Assembly: GCA_018221045.1 (NCBI GenBank)
Contig: JAAOXT010000017.1
Coordinates: 6,356 to 70,355, forward strand
Length of the DNA: 64,000 bases
Reading direction: 5' to 3'
Source: Nanobdellota archaeon
GTDB taxonomy: Archaea; Nanobdellota; Nanobdellia; JAAOXT01
The notes under the pieces were generated by a model that was given only the letters and a program-made list of their open reading frames with translations, was not told the DNA's origin and made no database searches. Every line of letters begins with the position of its first letter. The first letter of the stretch is position 1. Positions 1-9,151 of this stretch are shown in pieces. The translations under genes and the position numbers were made by a program.

Positions 1-57
1 TTACCTTCTTTATTCAGTTCAACAGCTTTTTTCTGAACCTTGCTAAAATCCATCATA
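1..57 (-). CDS. N-terminal fragment of a gene running off the window edge (MMDFSKVQKKAVELNKEG...)
   Basis: An ATG at 55-57 on the minus strand is preceded by GGAG (revcomp of 64-67), and the frame stays open to position 1. Function unknown. Confidence 0.35.
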
Positions 58-90
58 ATTTAATTCTCCTTCAATACTTATTTAAAAAAA

Positions 91-573
91 TTACTGCTCT
101 GGCCTCTCACCTTGGTAAAAACCGTTATAAGAATGACCAGATTTCTCGCACTCAAAACCCGCAAGCTGAAACCACGCCTCATCCCTGTGCACGCGAAGCT
201 TAAAAGGCAAGAGCACGCTCTGCGTGAAAAAACCTGTATAACCACTATCGCAAACAGCGCTCTCCACTTTAACGCATCCCAAACGATTAAAAGTTGACCT
301 GGGCTTAACGTACAAAACCACGCCTTCAGGAATGCTTATCTTCACGTCTGAGCGCAATTCATAAAAACCGGGTTCTAGCTCGTAAAAATCGTTCAATGGC
401 TTGATTAATTGTTTGGGTTTTGATAACTCCCTCTTTTTGCCGTGCACGAGTATCTCAGACCCTTCTTGGACTCGCCAGACCTCCGACACGCCGACGTCAA
501 CACCGTTAGGCCCGACCTTTTTCGTCTTGCCTTGAATAATGAATTTAGAAATCGTTTCCCCTGATAAATGCAT
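91..573 (-). CDS. dCTP deaminase/dUTPase family protein
   Basis: 160 aa. Carries the conserved 'VCDSGYTGF' motif of the Dcd/Dut beta-barrel family. Its size is closer to dUTPase than to dCTP deaminase. Confidence 0.7.
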   Translation of the reverse strand: MHLSGETISKFIIQGKTKKVGPNGVDVGVSEVWRVQEGSEILVHGKKRELSKPKQLIKPLNDFYELEPGFYELRSDVKISIPEGVVLYVKPRSTFNRLGCVKVESAVCDSGYTGFFTQSVLLPFKLRVHRDEAWFQLAGFECEKSGHSYNGFYQGERPEQ

Positions 574-659
574 GTTCTTCCTTGAAAGTTTTTAGAATTA
601 TTTAACTCTTTTCACATAAAAAGAAGGTTTTTATAAACCAGACAACCAAATTTACTTCA

Positions 660-1796
660 ATGGTTCACGTCCTAGTGCATTATTCCGAGATAGGAATCAA
701 AAAAGGGAATCGCAAGTACTTCGAAAACCTTTTGACAAACAATATTCGGCAAAGACTCGGCGGTCTAGCCAAAAAAGTGTGCAAGGATTACGGGTTCATA
801 CTCGTTGAAACCAGCAAAACAAAAGAAGTGGTGAAAATCCTGGAAAAAGTTCCTGGAATCGCTTACCTCCTGGTCTGCTCCAAATCCAATTTAAGCATGG
901 ACGACATGCGAAAAAAGAGTTCAAAACTCTTGGAAAAAAAAGGTTTTGAAACTTTTAGGGTTAGCGCGAGAAGACAGAACAAGAACTTTGAGAAAACGTC
1001 TATGCAAGTGAACGCGGAGCTCGGAGCGTTCATCGTAAAAAAAACGGGGAAAAAAGTCCAGCTCAAAAAACCTGACGTTGAACTGGTCGTCGAAGTGTGC
1101 AACAAAAACGCTTACCTCTCAATCGAAAGACATGAAGGGATTGGAGGGCTGCCCACAGATCCTAAAAACAAGGTGGTCTCGCTAATGTCAGGTGGTTTTG
1201 ACAGCCCCGTCGCATCGTACTTGATGATGAAGCGCGGAGCTCAAATAATTCTAGTGCACTTCCAGAACTACAAACAAATGAAGGGAAGCGTGGAAGATAA
1301 GATTCACCAACTAGCTAAGCGCTTGTCCAAATACCAAGGTAGAACTTTGCTTTACATCATTCCTTTTGAGAAAATCCAGCAGGACATCATCATGAACGTT
1401 CCAGCGAGCGTGAGAATGCTGGTTTACCGCAGACTCATGCTCAGAATCTCTGGAATCATTGCGGACAAGGAAAAAGCCAAAGCGCTCGTGACAGGGGATA
1501 ACATGTCCCAAGTCTCGTCCCAAACCCTGGAAAACTTGGGAGCAGTGTACCCAGCATCCAAAAAAATCGTTCTCACCCCATTGATGGGTTTTAACAAAAC
1601 AGAAATCATCAATCTTTCCAAGAAAATCGGGACTTACGAAACTTCCAAATTACCGTACGGAGATTGTTGCTCGTACTTCCTGCCCCAGCACCCAGAGCTC
1701 AGGGCCAAGCTGGAAGACTTGGAAAAACTGGAGGAAAAACTGGACAAAAAACTAATCGCTGAAGCAGTCAAGGAAGCCAAGAAACACGTGCTCTAA
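660..1796 (+). CDS. thiI: tRNA 4-thiouridine synthase ThiI (THUMP + PP-loop ATPase)
   Basis: 378 aa with a PP-loop motif 'SGGFDSPVA' and an N-terminal THUMP-like region. A TTTTTATAAA TATA-like element lies about 30 nt upstream. Confidence 0.8.
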   Translation: MVHVLVHYSEIGIKKGNRKYFENLLTNNIRQRLGGLAKKVCKDYGFILVETSKTKEVVKILEKVPGIAYLLVCSKSNLSMDDMRKKSSKLLEKKGFETFRVSARRQNKNFEKTSMQVNAELGAFIVKKTGKKVQLKKPDVELVVEVCNKNAYLSIERHEGIGGLPTDPKNKVVSLMSGGFDSPVASYLMMKRGAQIILVHFQNYKQMKGSVEDKIHQLAKRLSKYQGRTLLYIIPFEKIQQDIIMNVPASVRMLVYRRLMLRISGIIADKEKAKALVTGDNMSQVSSQTLENLGAVYPASKKIVLTPLMGFNKTEIINLSKKIGTYETSKLPYGDCCSYFLPQHPELRAKLEDLEKLEEKLDKKLIAEAVKEAKKHVL

Positions 1797-2077
1797 TCTT
1801 TCTCATAAGAAACCATTATCTTATTCACCAGACCTCTGCCCACCCCATACCTAACCCCTCTTACTTCTATTAAGTAAGTGTGGTTGTTGTGACTCAGCAT
1901 TCTAACAGAGGTTCCAGGAATCAATCCTAAATCGCAAAGTCTTTTCTTGTATTCCTGACGGAAAAGACCTTTTCTCTTGCCATGACCCTTGCCCATGCCT
2001 TCTTTTATCTCCCTTATGATTGCCTCTTCTCCTTCAGACAAGTCGCTCAAAGGGAATAAATCATCAATACTGTCCAT
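1793..2077 (-). CDS. FeoA-domain small protein
   Basis: 94 aa. The pattern 'RLCDLGLIPGTSVRML...GVRYGVGRGLVNKIMV' matches the FeoA SH3-like domain. Confidence 0.5.
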   Translation of the reverse strand: MDSIDDLFPLSDLSEGEEAIIREIKEGMGKGHGKRKGLFRQEYKKRLCDLGLIPGTSVRMLSHNNHTYLIEVRGVRYGVGRGLVNKIMVSYEKD

Positions 2078-2100
2078 TCTTTTTTCACCTTTTTTTTAAG

Positions 2101-2244
2101 TGCGGGGGACGGGATTCGAACCCGCGAAGACACTAAGTCACAGGGTTTCTTCCAAAACCAGTTTTTCCGTCAACGCTTTTGGAGCGTTAGCGAGAAAAGG
2201 GTTGGTCTTAAGCCCTGCCCCTTTGACCACTTGGGAACCCCCGC
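2101..2244 (-). tRNA. tRNA-Leu(UAA) with an intron of about 60 nt at the canonical 37/38 position
   Basis: Hand-folded on the minus strand. The acceptor GCGGGGG pairs with CCCCCGC, and the discriminator is A. The T-arm is GCGGG-TTCGAAT-CCCGT. The long class-II variable arm is TGACTTAGTGTCTTC. The anticodon stem CAGGG/CCCTG carries the loop CUUAAG|intron|A, giving anticodon UAA. Confidence 0.8.
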
Positions 2245-2321
2245 AATTAATATAATGAAGTGTATTGGTAAGAAAGGGTTTAAAAAAGTATTTGCTCATT
2301 CCAAGGCAAAAGGATTATTGT

Positions 2322-2810
2322 TTAAACCCAATCATAAGCGTCTTTAGACATAATCTCATTGATTAAGTAATGGTGAACTGTTTTATTTGAACTTGGCGGT
2401 TTCTCTGATGTTTTGACGCCCAGGTCATTAAGGGTTACGTGAAGAACTTCGTGCTCAAGGCCCATAACAAGAATGGAAAGAACTGCTCTTTTAAGAGTTT
2501 CTTCTCTCAAAGTTTTCACTTCTTCTTCTGAAAGATCTGAAAGCAAACCTTCCTTTCCTTTAAAACAAGTTTTAACCATTTTTCTGCTCTCTTCATAAAC
2601 CCTTGGCATGCTCATAATTGCTTGCTTAAAATAAACATCTGCAAATCCGCAACCCCTACCGCTTTTTATAAGTCCATCAAACAAGCCTTTTTCAAAATAA
2701 GAAAAATCCCGAAAACACTTGGAAGTGTATTCTGCGAGCGCATTTATTCTAAGATTATCCATTCTCTTAATGAAGTATTCATCTGGATGAATAAGCAAAT
2801 CTGTTTCCAC
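2322..2810 (-). CDS. hypothetical protein
   Basis: 162-aa ORF immediately upstream of tRNA-Leu on the same strand. No recognisable motif. Confidence 0.4.
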   Translation of the reverse strand: METDLLIHPDEYFIKRMDNLRINALAEYTSKCFRDFSYFEKGLFDGLIKSGRGCGFADVYFKQAIMSMPRVYEESRKMVKTCFKGKEGLLSDLSEEEVKTLREETLKRAVLSILVMGLEHEVLHVTLNDLGVKTSEKPPSSNKTVHHYLINEIMSKDAYDWV

Positions 2811-2842
2811 AACAATAACTGACTTGGAAAGGGTTTAAAAAA

Positions 2843-3346
2843 TTATTTGTTAATAGTCCACTTTTTAAATTCCTTAAGACTTAAACTCATCAATGCCTTG
2901 GCGTCATCCCATTTAACAAACTTTGGAAACTCTTCTGGACTCACAAACTTTCTTTCGAACAAAACACGAGTCGCTGGGTCGACACGCACATCCTTAACCC
3001 CTGATATCAGGCAGGCAAACCTTGCCTGGTAATAATGTTTTCCTTCATTCTTGTTCGGATTACCTGGAAAAAATATTTCAGAAAAACCTAACAAAGAAGC
3101 TTTTGAAAGCTTAACACTCGCTTCCTCCCAAACTTCTCTCCTAACAACCTGTTCTAACTCCTCATTTTCTTCAGGGTGCCCGCCGGGCAAATGCCACTTC
3201 CCATCAGCCCCCCTTACTATGAGGATTTTTCCTTTAGAGGTGAAACAAATGCTGGAAACCTGGGTTATCGGGCCATCATTTCTTCGTTCTTTTACCCATA
3301 GCACGGTTATCTTTTTACCTTTCCACTCTCTAACAAACTTTTCCAT
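2843..3346 (-). CDS. NUDIX hydrolase
   Basis: Nudix box 'GGHPEENEELEQVVRREVWEEASV' matches GX5EX7REUXEEXGU. Confidence 0.8.
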   Translation of the reverse strand: MEKFVREWKGKKITVLWVKERRNDGPITQVSSICFTSKGKILIVRGADGKWHLPGGHPEENEELEQVVRREVWEEASVKLSKASLLGFSEIFFPGNPNKNEGKHYYQARFACLISGVKDVRVDPATRVLFERKFVSPEEFPKFVKWDDAKALMSLSLKEFKKWTINK

Positions 3347-3386
3347 TCTACCCTCTATTAATAGGATTATCTAAACTAATTAATCT

Positions 3387-4325
3387 TCACGTCAACGAAA
3401 CCAAAGCGTCCAAGCTGGCCCTGCCGCAAGCCTCAACGCTCGCCACGTACTGCTCCCCCGTAACAGCTTGACCCGTGACCCTGTTAGCGAGAACAGAGCA
3501 AACGCTTCCAGCCCTATAACCAAGAATCCTTGACAACCTAAATAATAAACTCGTCTCCATCTCCATGTTAGCGACAGGAAGATCATCAAACTCGAAAACA
3601 CCCAAATCACTAATCATGTTAGGATTGCTTATTTTTGACAGTCCTCCAACCATTCTTCCTTGTCCAGCGTAAAAATCCTGCGTGGAAACAGTTATCCCCA
3701 ACTCTACAGGAAAGCTTCCAACAGATTCCATCAACGCTTCAGCAACCACTGGAGAACTCCTCGAAACGTACTCCACTTCCTTCAATTCTTGCTTGACCTT
3801 AAAGAATAACTCGGACAATTCTTCATCGTATTCGTAACGCTCGCCATCCAAAGAAAACTCCAAATCACCTTTATTCTTAAATAAGTATTTTATTGCCGTG
3901 TTGTCCATGCCAATAGCGTAATCAGACACCACGAGGCTAGGAACTTTGATGCTAGGATTTGGGGAACCAGAAGTTCCAGCCCGAATAATAGTCAATGGCT
4001 CTTCCCCAACCCATTTCTCAGATTCAAAGTCATAATCATTCAGAACGTGCAATTCCATCAACGCGATTGTCGTGTTATCCACCCCAATTCCCGTGCTAAG
4101 CAAGCCGACACCAACATCCTTGTAAAGACCTACTGCAACGTTGAACTCCCTATTACTCTTCTCTAAAAGAACATCGTCAAACATTTGTGAAAAAGTTTCA
4201 ACCCTGCCGGGATCCCCGACCAGAACCCAGTTCTGCGGCAAAGGGTCGTCAAAACTCAGTGGCACGTGATAAGTGCTCTTGCCAAGTAATGGAACTTCTA
4301 CGCCAGAAATGTCATCCTTAACCAT
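3387..4325 (-). CDS. nucleoside phosphorylase (PNP/UDP phosphorylase family)
   Basis: 312 aa with 'IIRAGTSGSPNP' and 'NMEMETSLL' (EME motif), typical of the purine/uridine phosphorylase family. Confidence 0.65.
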   Translation of the reverse strand: MVKDDISGVEVPLLGKSTYHVPLSFDDPLPQNWVLVGDPGRVETFSQMFDDVLLEKSNREFNVAVGLYKDVGVGLLSTGIGVDNTTIALMELHVLNDYDFESEKWVGEEPLTIIRAGTSGSPNPSIKVPSLVVSDYAIGMDNTAIKYLFKNKGDLEFSLDGERYEYDEELSELFFKVKQELKEVEYVSRSSPVVAEALMESVGSFPVELGITVSTQDFYAGQGRMVGGLSKISNPNMISDLGVFEFDDLPVANMEMETSLLFRLSRILGYRAGSVCSVLANRVTGQAVTGEQYVASVEACGRASLDALVSLT

Positions 4326-4369
4326 TATTAAAAAAAAATAGAAAAGGTTAATTTAAAAAAATAGTTGTT

Positions 4370-5110
4370 TTACACGAGCTCTATTTCGAAAGCTTCGCAG
4401 TCGAACATCCATTCTTTATTTATGTACCCTGGAAAACCTCTTAAAACGCGCACCCCTTTGTCCACTCTTCTGACGCCTGGAAACGTTCTTTTCAACGTCT
4501 CTTTCTTTAATGCTTTTTCAAAACTAGGGTAGTGCTTAGTTCGAATAACACTTGCTTTCAAGTCTCGAGAACAGTCTTCAACCCAGCTTCCTTCAGCGTC
4601 CTGCACTAATGGCAAGAACCTAAGCGTGTCTCCAGGCTTAACCATTCCATAAAACCGTCCAGACCTTACGTCAACAGTCTTATCGCCGTCAGCTATCTTA
4701 CTGAAATAAGGTTCCATTGTCATCATTGGCCACTCATTCTTGACCATTCTTATCCCGCTAATCCTGTTCTCCTGGATTTCAAAAGGCGTGTAAATTTCAC
4801 TGTAAATCTCTTCAAGCTCTTCGTTAGTCTCGCAAGTGGGGCAAATGCTTTTCAATCCTTCGAGATAAATCATTTTGTCCAATGAATCGTATCGACCAAT
4901 TCCTCGAACACTTCTCATAAATTTCTGTGAAGGGCTGCTTACGTTACTGAATCTCATGACATCCCCTTCCTTTATCTCTGTTCTCGGGTCGTCAGGATTC
5001 CAAACCCTTCCATCAACTGATTTATCAAAAGATAGTATTTCGTCGAAACCTTTCTGAATTATACCCAGGTCATACATTGTCCATTTAGGATATGTTCCTA
5101 CTTCTACCAT
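4370..5110 (-). CDS. hypothetical protein with two ASCH/PUA-like beta-barrel segments
   Basis: 246 aa. Two segments resemble ASCH: 'ADGDKTVDVRSGRFYGMVKPGDTLRFL' and 'DGRVWNPDDPRTEIKEGDVMRF'. It also has a CPTC pair. Confidence 0.35.
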   Translation of the reverse strand: MVEVGTYPKWTMYDLGIIQKGFDEILSFDKSVDGRVWNPDDPRTEIKEGDVMRFSNVSSPSQKFMRSVRGIGRYDSLDKMIYLEGLKSICPTCETNEELEEIYSEIYTPFEIQENRISGIRMVKNEWPMMTMEPYFSKIADGDKTVDVRSGRFYGMVKPGDTLRFLPLVQDAEGSWVEDCSRDLKASVIRTKHYPSFEKALKKETLKRTFPGVRRVDKGVRVLRGFPGYINKEWMFDCEAFEIELV

Positions 5111-5214
5111 GCCGAGTTTATGGTTCGTGAAATGTTAAAAGTTTATTTGTATTGCAGTGATTAAGAATTTTGCATGGTAAACAATATAAATCATGTAACT
5201 ATTTCTAGTGAAAG

Positions 5215-6345
5215 ATGAATAAACAGCTTCCGGAAATGAAGGTTGAATTGTTAGGTTACTCGATGATGGGTTTGGCGGGGCCTGATGAGATAATCGCGAC
5301 AATCAAACAATTGGAAACTAATGACAGACTTGAAACAATTGACTCCGAATTAGTCAAAGGATTAGTGGATGGTATTGAGTCAAGGGATAAGATTCTTGAC
5401 GGCGTCGCGTTCACTTTCGGGATTGAAAACATTAGCCGAGTCTCTGAAATTCATGAAATCAGGCATCGCACGGCTTCTTATTCCATTCAATCAGGCAGGT
5501 ACGTGGACAGGACGGGCAAAGTCGGGGTCATGCCCGACACCATTAAAAACGATGATGAAGCGCAGAAACTTGTTGAAGAAGCGGAAACAGACTCTTTATA
5601 CTCCAAACTATTGAAATTAGGTATTCCAGAGCAGGACGCGCGATATTACTCCTTCCAAAACACGCCAACATACATTGTTCAGACCATGACTGCGCGCTCA
5701 CTATTACACTTCTTCAAGGAAAGACTTTGCAACAAAGCCCAAGACGAGATTCACGGATTAGCTCTCAAAAAACTTGACCTGGCGAGTCAAGTCGCGCCGT
5801 TGCTGATGAGCAAAGCAGGTCCTCACTGCAAGGGTAAAGGTTGCAGGCAAAGAAAATCTTGCGAACCGGAAAAAAGAGAAGAATTGTTTAGAACTATTGA
5901 CCAATATTTCGAGCCTGAAATCAAGCCAAAAGTTTTCAGGGTTCCTGAAGGCCCTTTACTGGCTTACACTCGCTTAACAGCTGACTTTTTAGCCAGTCCT
6001 GAAGTGTTATGCGCTGCCGCCGGCAAAGGATGTTATTCTTCAAAACCTGCCGGAGAGATAATCCAGGATTACTTGGGTGGCGAGCCGTACAAAAAAACTT
6101 TGAAAACAATTGTCGTGTCTGGTCATGAAAGTGTTATCGAACACGCACACTTCGCTTTCGAGATTGATGTGGAAGAATTCTTGGATAACCCTCCCTGGAT
6201 TCACTCTTATGACAAAAAAGCAGGGGTTGTTTTCTTGAACGCTAGGAGCGTTAACGAGTACTTAGAATCTAACCCTGGAAAACGCACGAGTCAAATCATT
6301 GAAAGAGAAGTGAAGAGAATTGCTCCAAGACTTCTTAGAAAGTGA
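5215..6345 (+). CDS. thyX: FAD-dependent thymidylate synthase ThyX, atypical long form with a C-terminal partial second ThyX domain
   Basis: The ThyX signature 'RHRTASYSIQSGRY' (RHRxxSxxxxSxR) and the helix 'TARSLLHFFKERL' lie in residues 1-210. Residues about 295-350 carry 'SGHESVIEHAHFAFEI' and 'LNARSVNEYL', the ThyX N-terminal HExxEH-FTF motif. Confidence 0.75.
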   Translation: MNKQLPEMKVELLGYSMMGLAGPDEIIATIKQLETNDRLETIDSELVKGLVDGIESRDKILDGVAFTFGIENISRVSEIHEIRHRTASYSIQSGRYVDRTGKVGVMPDTIKNDDEAQKLVEEAETDSLYSKLLKLGIPEQDARYYSFQNTPTYIVQTMTARSLLHFFKERLCNKAQDEIHGLALKKLDLASQVAPLLMSKAGPHCKGKGCRQRKSCEPEKREELFRTIDQYFEPEIKPKVFRVPEGPLLAYTRLTADFLASPEVLCAAAGKGCYSSKPAGEIIQDYLGGEPYKKTLKTIVVSGHESVIEHAHFAFEIDVEEFLDNPPWIHSYDKKAGVVFLNARSVNEYLESNPGKRTSQIIEREVKRIAPRLLRK

Positions 6346-6982
6346 TTAAGTGATCGTAGTTTTTTTGGATGATTGCTTGTTTTATTTCAATTGCCGGCTC
6401 GTCCGCCATTAGCACTTTTACCAAGTCGCTTTTGTCAATTTTGGATTTTATTTTTTCTTTTTCAATAATCTTGAATCCGACGCCGAACTCTTTTGAGTAG
6501 TCCCTAATCTCGTTGGATACCGTGCCTAAAACAGTGTGTTCTTGTCCGAGCAGTGTTATTTCATGACGGGCTTGAAGTATTTCTTCTGGTTCAAGATTTG
6601 ATGCAGTGAAATAGCGAATGCCTTCAACACTGAAGTTGGGATTACTGAAAATCATTTCGTTAAATAGTTTGATTAAAAGTTTTTGAGCGGAGAACAGGGA
6701 AGGGTTTGTGTAAAACATTTCTGCTTCGAGAACGCTTTCGACTTTGCAGTCGAAGAACGTGAATGATGCTCTGTCTTCAACTCTTATTTTATCTCTTTCT
6801 CCTTCAATTTTTTGGAATTCTATTTTTGGCCGGTTGTGAGTCGTGTAGGGAAAATTGTTTACGAGTCTGTTCCTAAAATCAAACAATCTTTTCGCGTATT
6901 CTTCTGACCCAGGATATTTTCTCAAGTCAAATCTTTCTGGCAAGTAGGAACCTTGTTCGAGTCGAGCGAATACTAACCTCAT
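6335..6982 (-). CDS. hypothetical protein
   Basis: 215-aa ORF with no recognisable motif. Confidence 0.4.
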   Translation of the reverse strand: MRLVFARLEQGSYLPERFDLRKYPGSEEYAKRLFDFRNRLVNNFPYTTHNRPKIEFQKIEGERDKIRVEDRASFTFFDCKVESVLEAEMFYTNPSLFSAQKLLIKLFNEMIFSNPNFSVEGIRYFTASNLEPEEILQARHEITLLGQEHTVLGTVSNEIRDYSKEFGVGFKIIEKEKIKSKIDKSDLVKVLMADEPAIEIKQAIIQKNYDHLITF

Positions 6983-7028
6983 TAAACAACTCGTTGCAGT
7001 CTTTTCTTTAAAGAATTTTCGATTTTTT

Positions 7029-7325
7029 TTATCCGAAGTAGTCTCTGAAAGTGCTTCTCAACTTCTTTTTGGGTTTAACTTGTTTTGGCATGAGGTCTTT
7101 CTTAACCGCGTTTAATTCTTTGCCAATTTTTTTCTCAAGCTTTTCTTTGTAATACTTGTTCCCTACGGTCGTGAAACCCTCTTCTGTTAGGAATAATATT
7201 TTTATTCCTCGCATTCTTAGATCTGAAACAATTTTTCTCATGTCATGGGCGTCAAGAACTCTCATGAACTCTTGCATCAAGTCAACTTTTTTCGCGCTTT
7301 TTCTCCGAAGTTTTAGCATGATCAA
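7029..7325 (-). CDS. hypothetical small basic protein
   Basis: 98-aa ORF co-oriented with 6335..6982. Confidence 0.35.
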   Translation of the reverse strand: MIMLKLRRKSAKKVDLMQEFMRVLDAHDMRKIVSDLRMRGIKILFLTEEGFTTVGNKYYKEKLEKKIGKELNAVKKDLMPKQVKPKKKLRSTFRDYFG

Positions 7326-7361
7326 TTACTCTTTGGGTAAAAAGGGTTTAAAAACTTTTGT

Positions 7362-8561
7362 TTAAAAAAGACCTGTTTCGCGCTTCCAATCTTTCAATAA
7401 TGACAGGGCGACCAAGAAAAGAATTGCGGAACAACCAGTGATCACGAATTCTTTACCAAACATGGTTATGAGCATTCCTCCGAACAATGGTCCGAGTATC
7501 ATGCCAAAATCTTTCACGGTTTCGGTTATGCCTGCAAAACCTCCTGACTCCCCTGGGAGTTGCATGTCGTCAACCACTGCGTCAATGGTTGGTGAAAGGA
7601 ATGAGAAGCCTGTGTAGATCACGAAGACGGATAAGAAAAGGGGTGTGAACCCGCTGGACGTCGTTAATAATAAAAGTCCTAGAATCGATATTGTGAGGCC
7701 TGCTACAAGAGTTTTTCCCCTGCCATATTTATCCGCCAAAATCCCTACGGGTAAAGGGAATATAACGAATGACACGTTTATGCCTATACCTATAATGAAA
7801 CCAATATCTAAAATGCTTAAACCATTTTCTTGCAAGAAGATAGGTATAAAAGATCCTATGAATGAGGATACTGAAAAAAAAATGATTGTCACTAAAACAA
7901 GGGTTGACGCTTTTTTACCGAAACTCTTGAAGTCATGCAAAGATTTTTTCAAGAGGTCAAGTATTTTGCCGTCACGCTTCTCCAAACCTTCTATTCTTGA
8001 GAAATGGATTATTAGGAATGCTATGAAACAATTCGTTGCCAGAAGGTAGAATACTGCTTCCCAAGAGTAAAAAGTGATTAAAATTCCTCCCAGCACTGGC
8101 CCGATTAAAGAAGCAATGCTTATGAAAGAACTGAAAAATCCGATGTTGGTTTCTTCCACGCCTTTCGGCGTGACCTCTCGAATCATTGCCCAAGTGCTCA
8201 CCCATAAAAGCGAGCCTACAAAGGCGTGGGCTATGCGTAAAGGCACTATTGTTGAAATCCCTGTAACTAATGTGTACGCAAAAGTTACTAGCACGTAAAG
8301 CAGAAGCGCTATTTCCAGAATCTTTTTTTTATTATACTTGTCGCAGACCACTCCGATTGGCGTGTCAATAATGAACCTTATTATGCCCCATAACGCGATT
8401 ATCAGGCCGAACATTGAATAAGAGCCAGCCCATTCTTTGAGTTTGATTGAATAGATTGGTGAAACAAAACCCCATCCTAAATAGAATACGAAGAACGCGA
8501 GCGAGAAAGGCATCACGTTCTTAACTCTTCTAAACTTATCTTGGAGGTTGAAAAAAGGCAT
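7362..8561 (-). CDS. MFS transporter
   Basis: About 12 predicted hydrophobic helices. Glycine-rich loops 'GRGKT' and 'GPVLGG' are typical of the MFS. The track ORF extends to 8669, but the internal ATG at 8561 (MPFFNL...) avoids overlapping the divergent YjbQ gene. Confidence 0.65.
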   Translation of the reverse strand: MPFFNLQDKFRRVKNVMPFSLAFFVFYLGWGFVSPIYSIKLKEWAGSYSMFGLIIALWGIIRFIIDTPIGVVCDKYNKKKILEIALLLYVLVTFAYTLVTGISTIVPLRIAHAFVGSLLWVSTWAMIREVTPKGVEETNIGFFSSFISIASLIGPVLGGILITFYSWEAVFYLLATNCFIAFLIIHFSRIEGLEKRDGKILDLLKKSLHDFKSFGKKASTLVLVTIIFFSVSSFIGSFIPIFLQENGLSILDIGFIIGIGINVSFVIFPLPVGILADKYGRGKTLVAGLTISILGLLLLTTSSGFTPLFLSVFVIYTGFSFLSPTIDAVVDDMQLPGESGGFAGITETVKDFGMILGPLFGGMLITMFGKEFVITGCSAILFLVALSLLKDWKRETGLF

Positions 8562-8613
8562 TAAGTTAAGAATAAAGTTTTTATAAGTTTTAAAAGTTAT
8601 ATATTGAGAGCAA

Positions 8614-9018
8614 ATGTTACACGAACTCTCATTCACCACGAACAATAAGATAGAACTAATGGATATCACTCATGAAATTGAAGAGTTCGTAAAAGAATCA
8701 GGTGTTGAAGAAGGACGATTACTCATCTTTGTTCCTCACGCTACCGCTGCAGTAATCGTGAACGAGCACGAGTCCGGACTGCTCAATGACTACGTGAAAT
8801 GGCTGAAAAAAACTTTTTACACTGGGGGCTGGGAGCACGACTTGATTGATAATAACGCTGCAGCCCATCTCGCGAGCGCGTTCATCGGTTGCTCAAGAAC
8901 CCTGCCCGTGCGCGAAGCACGAATCGTGAGAGGGACTTGGCAGAACATTTTCTTAGTTGAATTGGACGGTCCAAGAAAGAATAGAAAAGTAGTCCTGCAA
9001 ACGATTAAAAAAGTTTAA
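8614..9018 (+). CDS. YjbQ/UPF0047 family protein (secondary thiamine-phosphate synthase-like)
   Basis: 134 aa. 'IDITHEIEEFVKESGVEEGRLLIFVPHATAAVIVNEHES...AAAHLASAFIGCSRTLPV' matches the YjbQ fold family. Confidence 0.65.
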   Translation: MLHELSFTTNNKIELMDITHEIEEFVKESGVEEGRLLIFVPHATAAVIVNEHESGLLNDYVKWLKKTFYTGGWEHDLIDNNAAAHLASAFIGCSRTLPVREARIVRGTWQNIFLVELDGPRKNRKVVLQTIKKV

Positions 9019-9151
9019 TACACCCTCAACTCACCAGAGTTTTTTCACTATATGGAAACAATCCTCAGAATAACCGCTGTCCACAAACTTCGGAGAATTC
9101 AACCCACCCAAAAAGATAATTATTATTAATCCATACTTTCTTTTTTTATTA

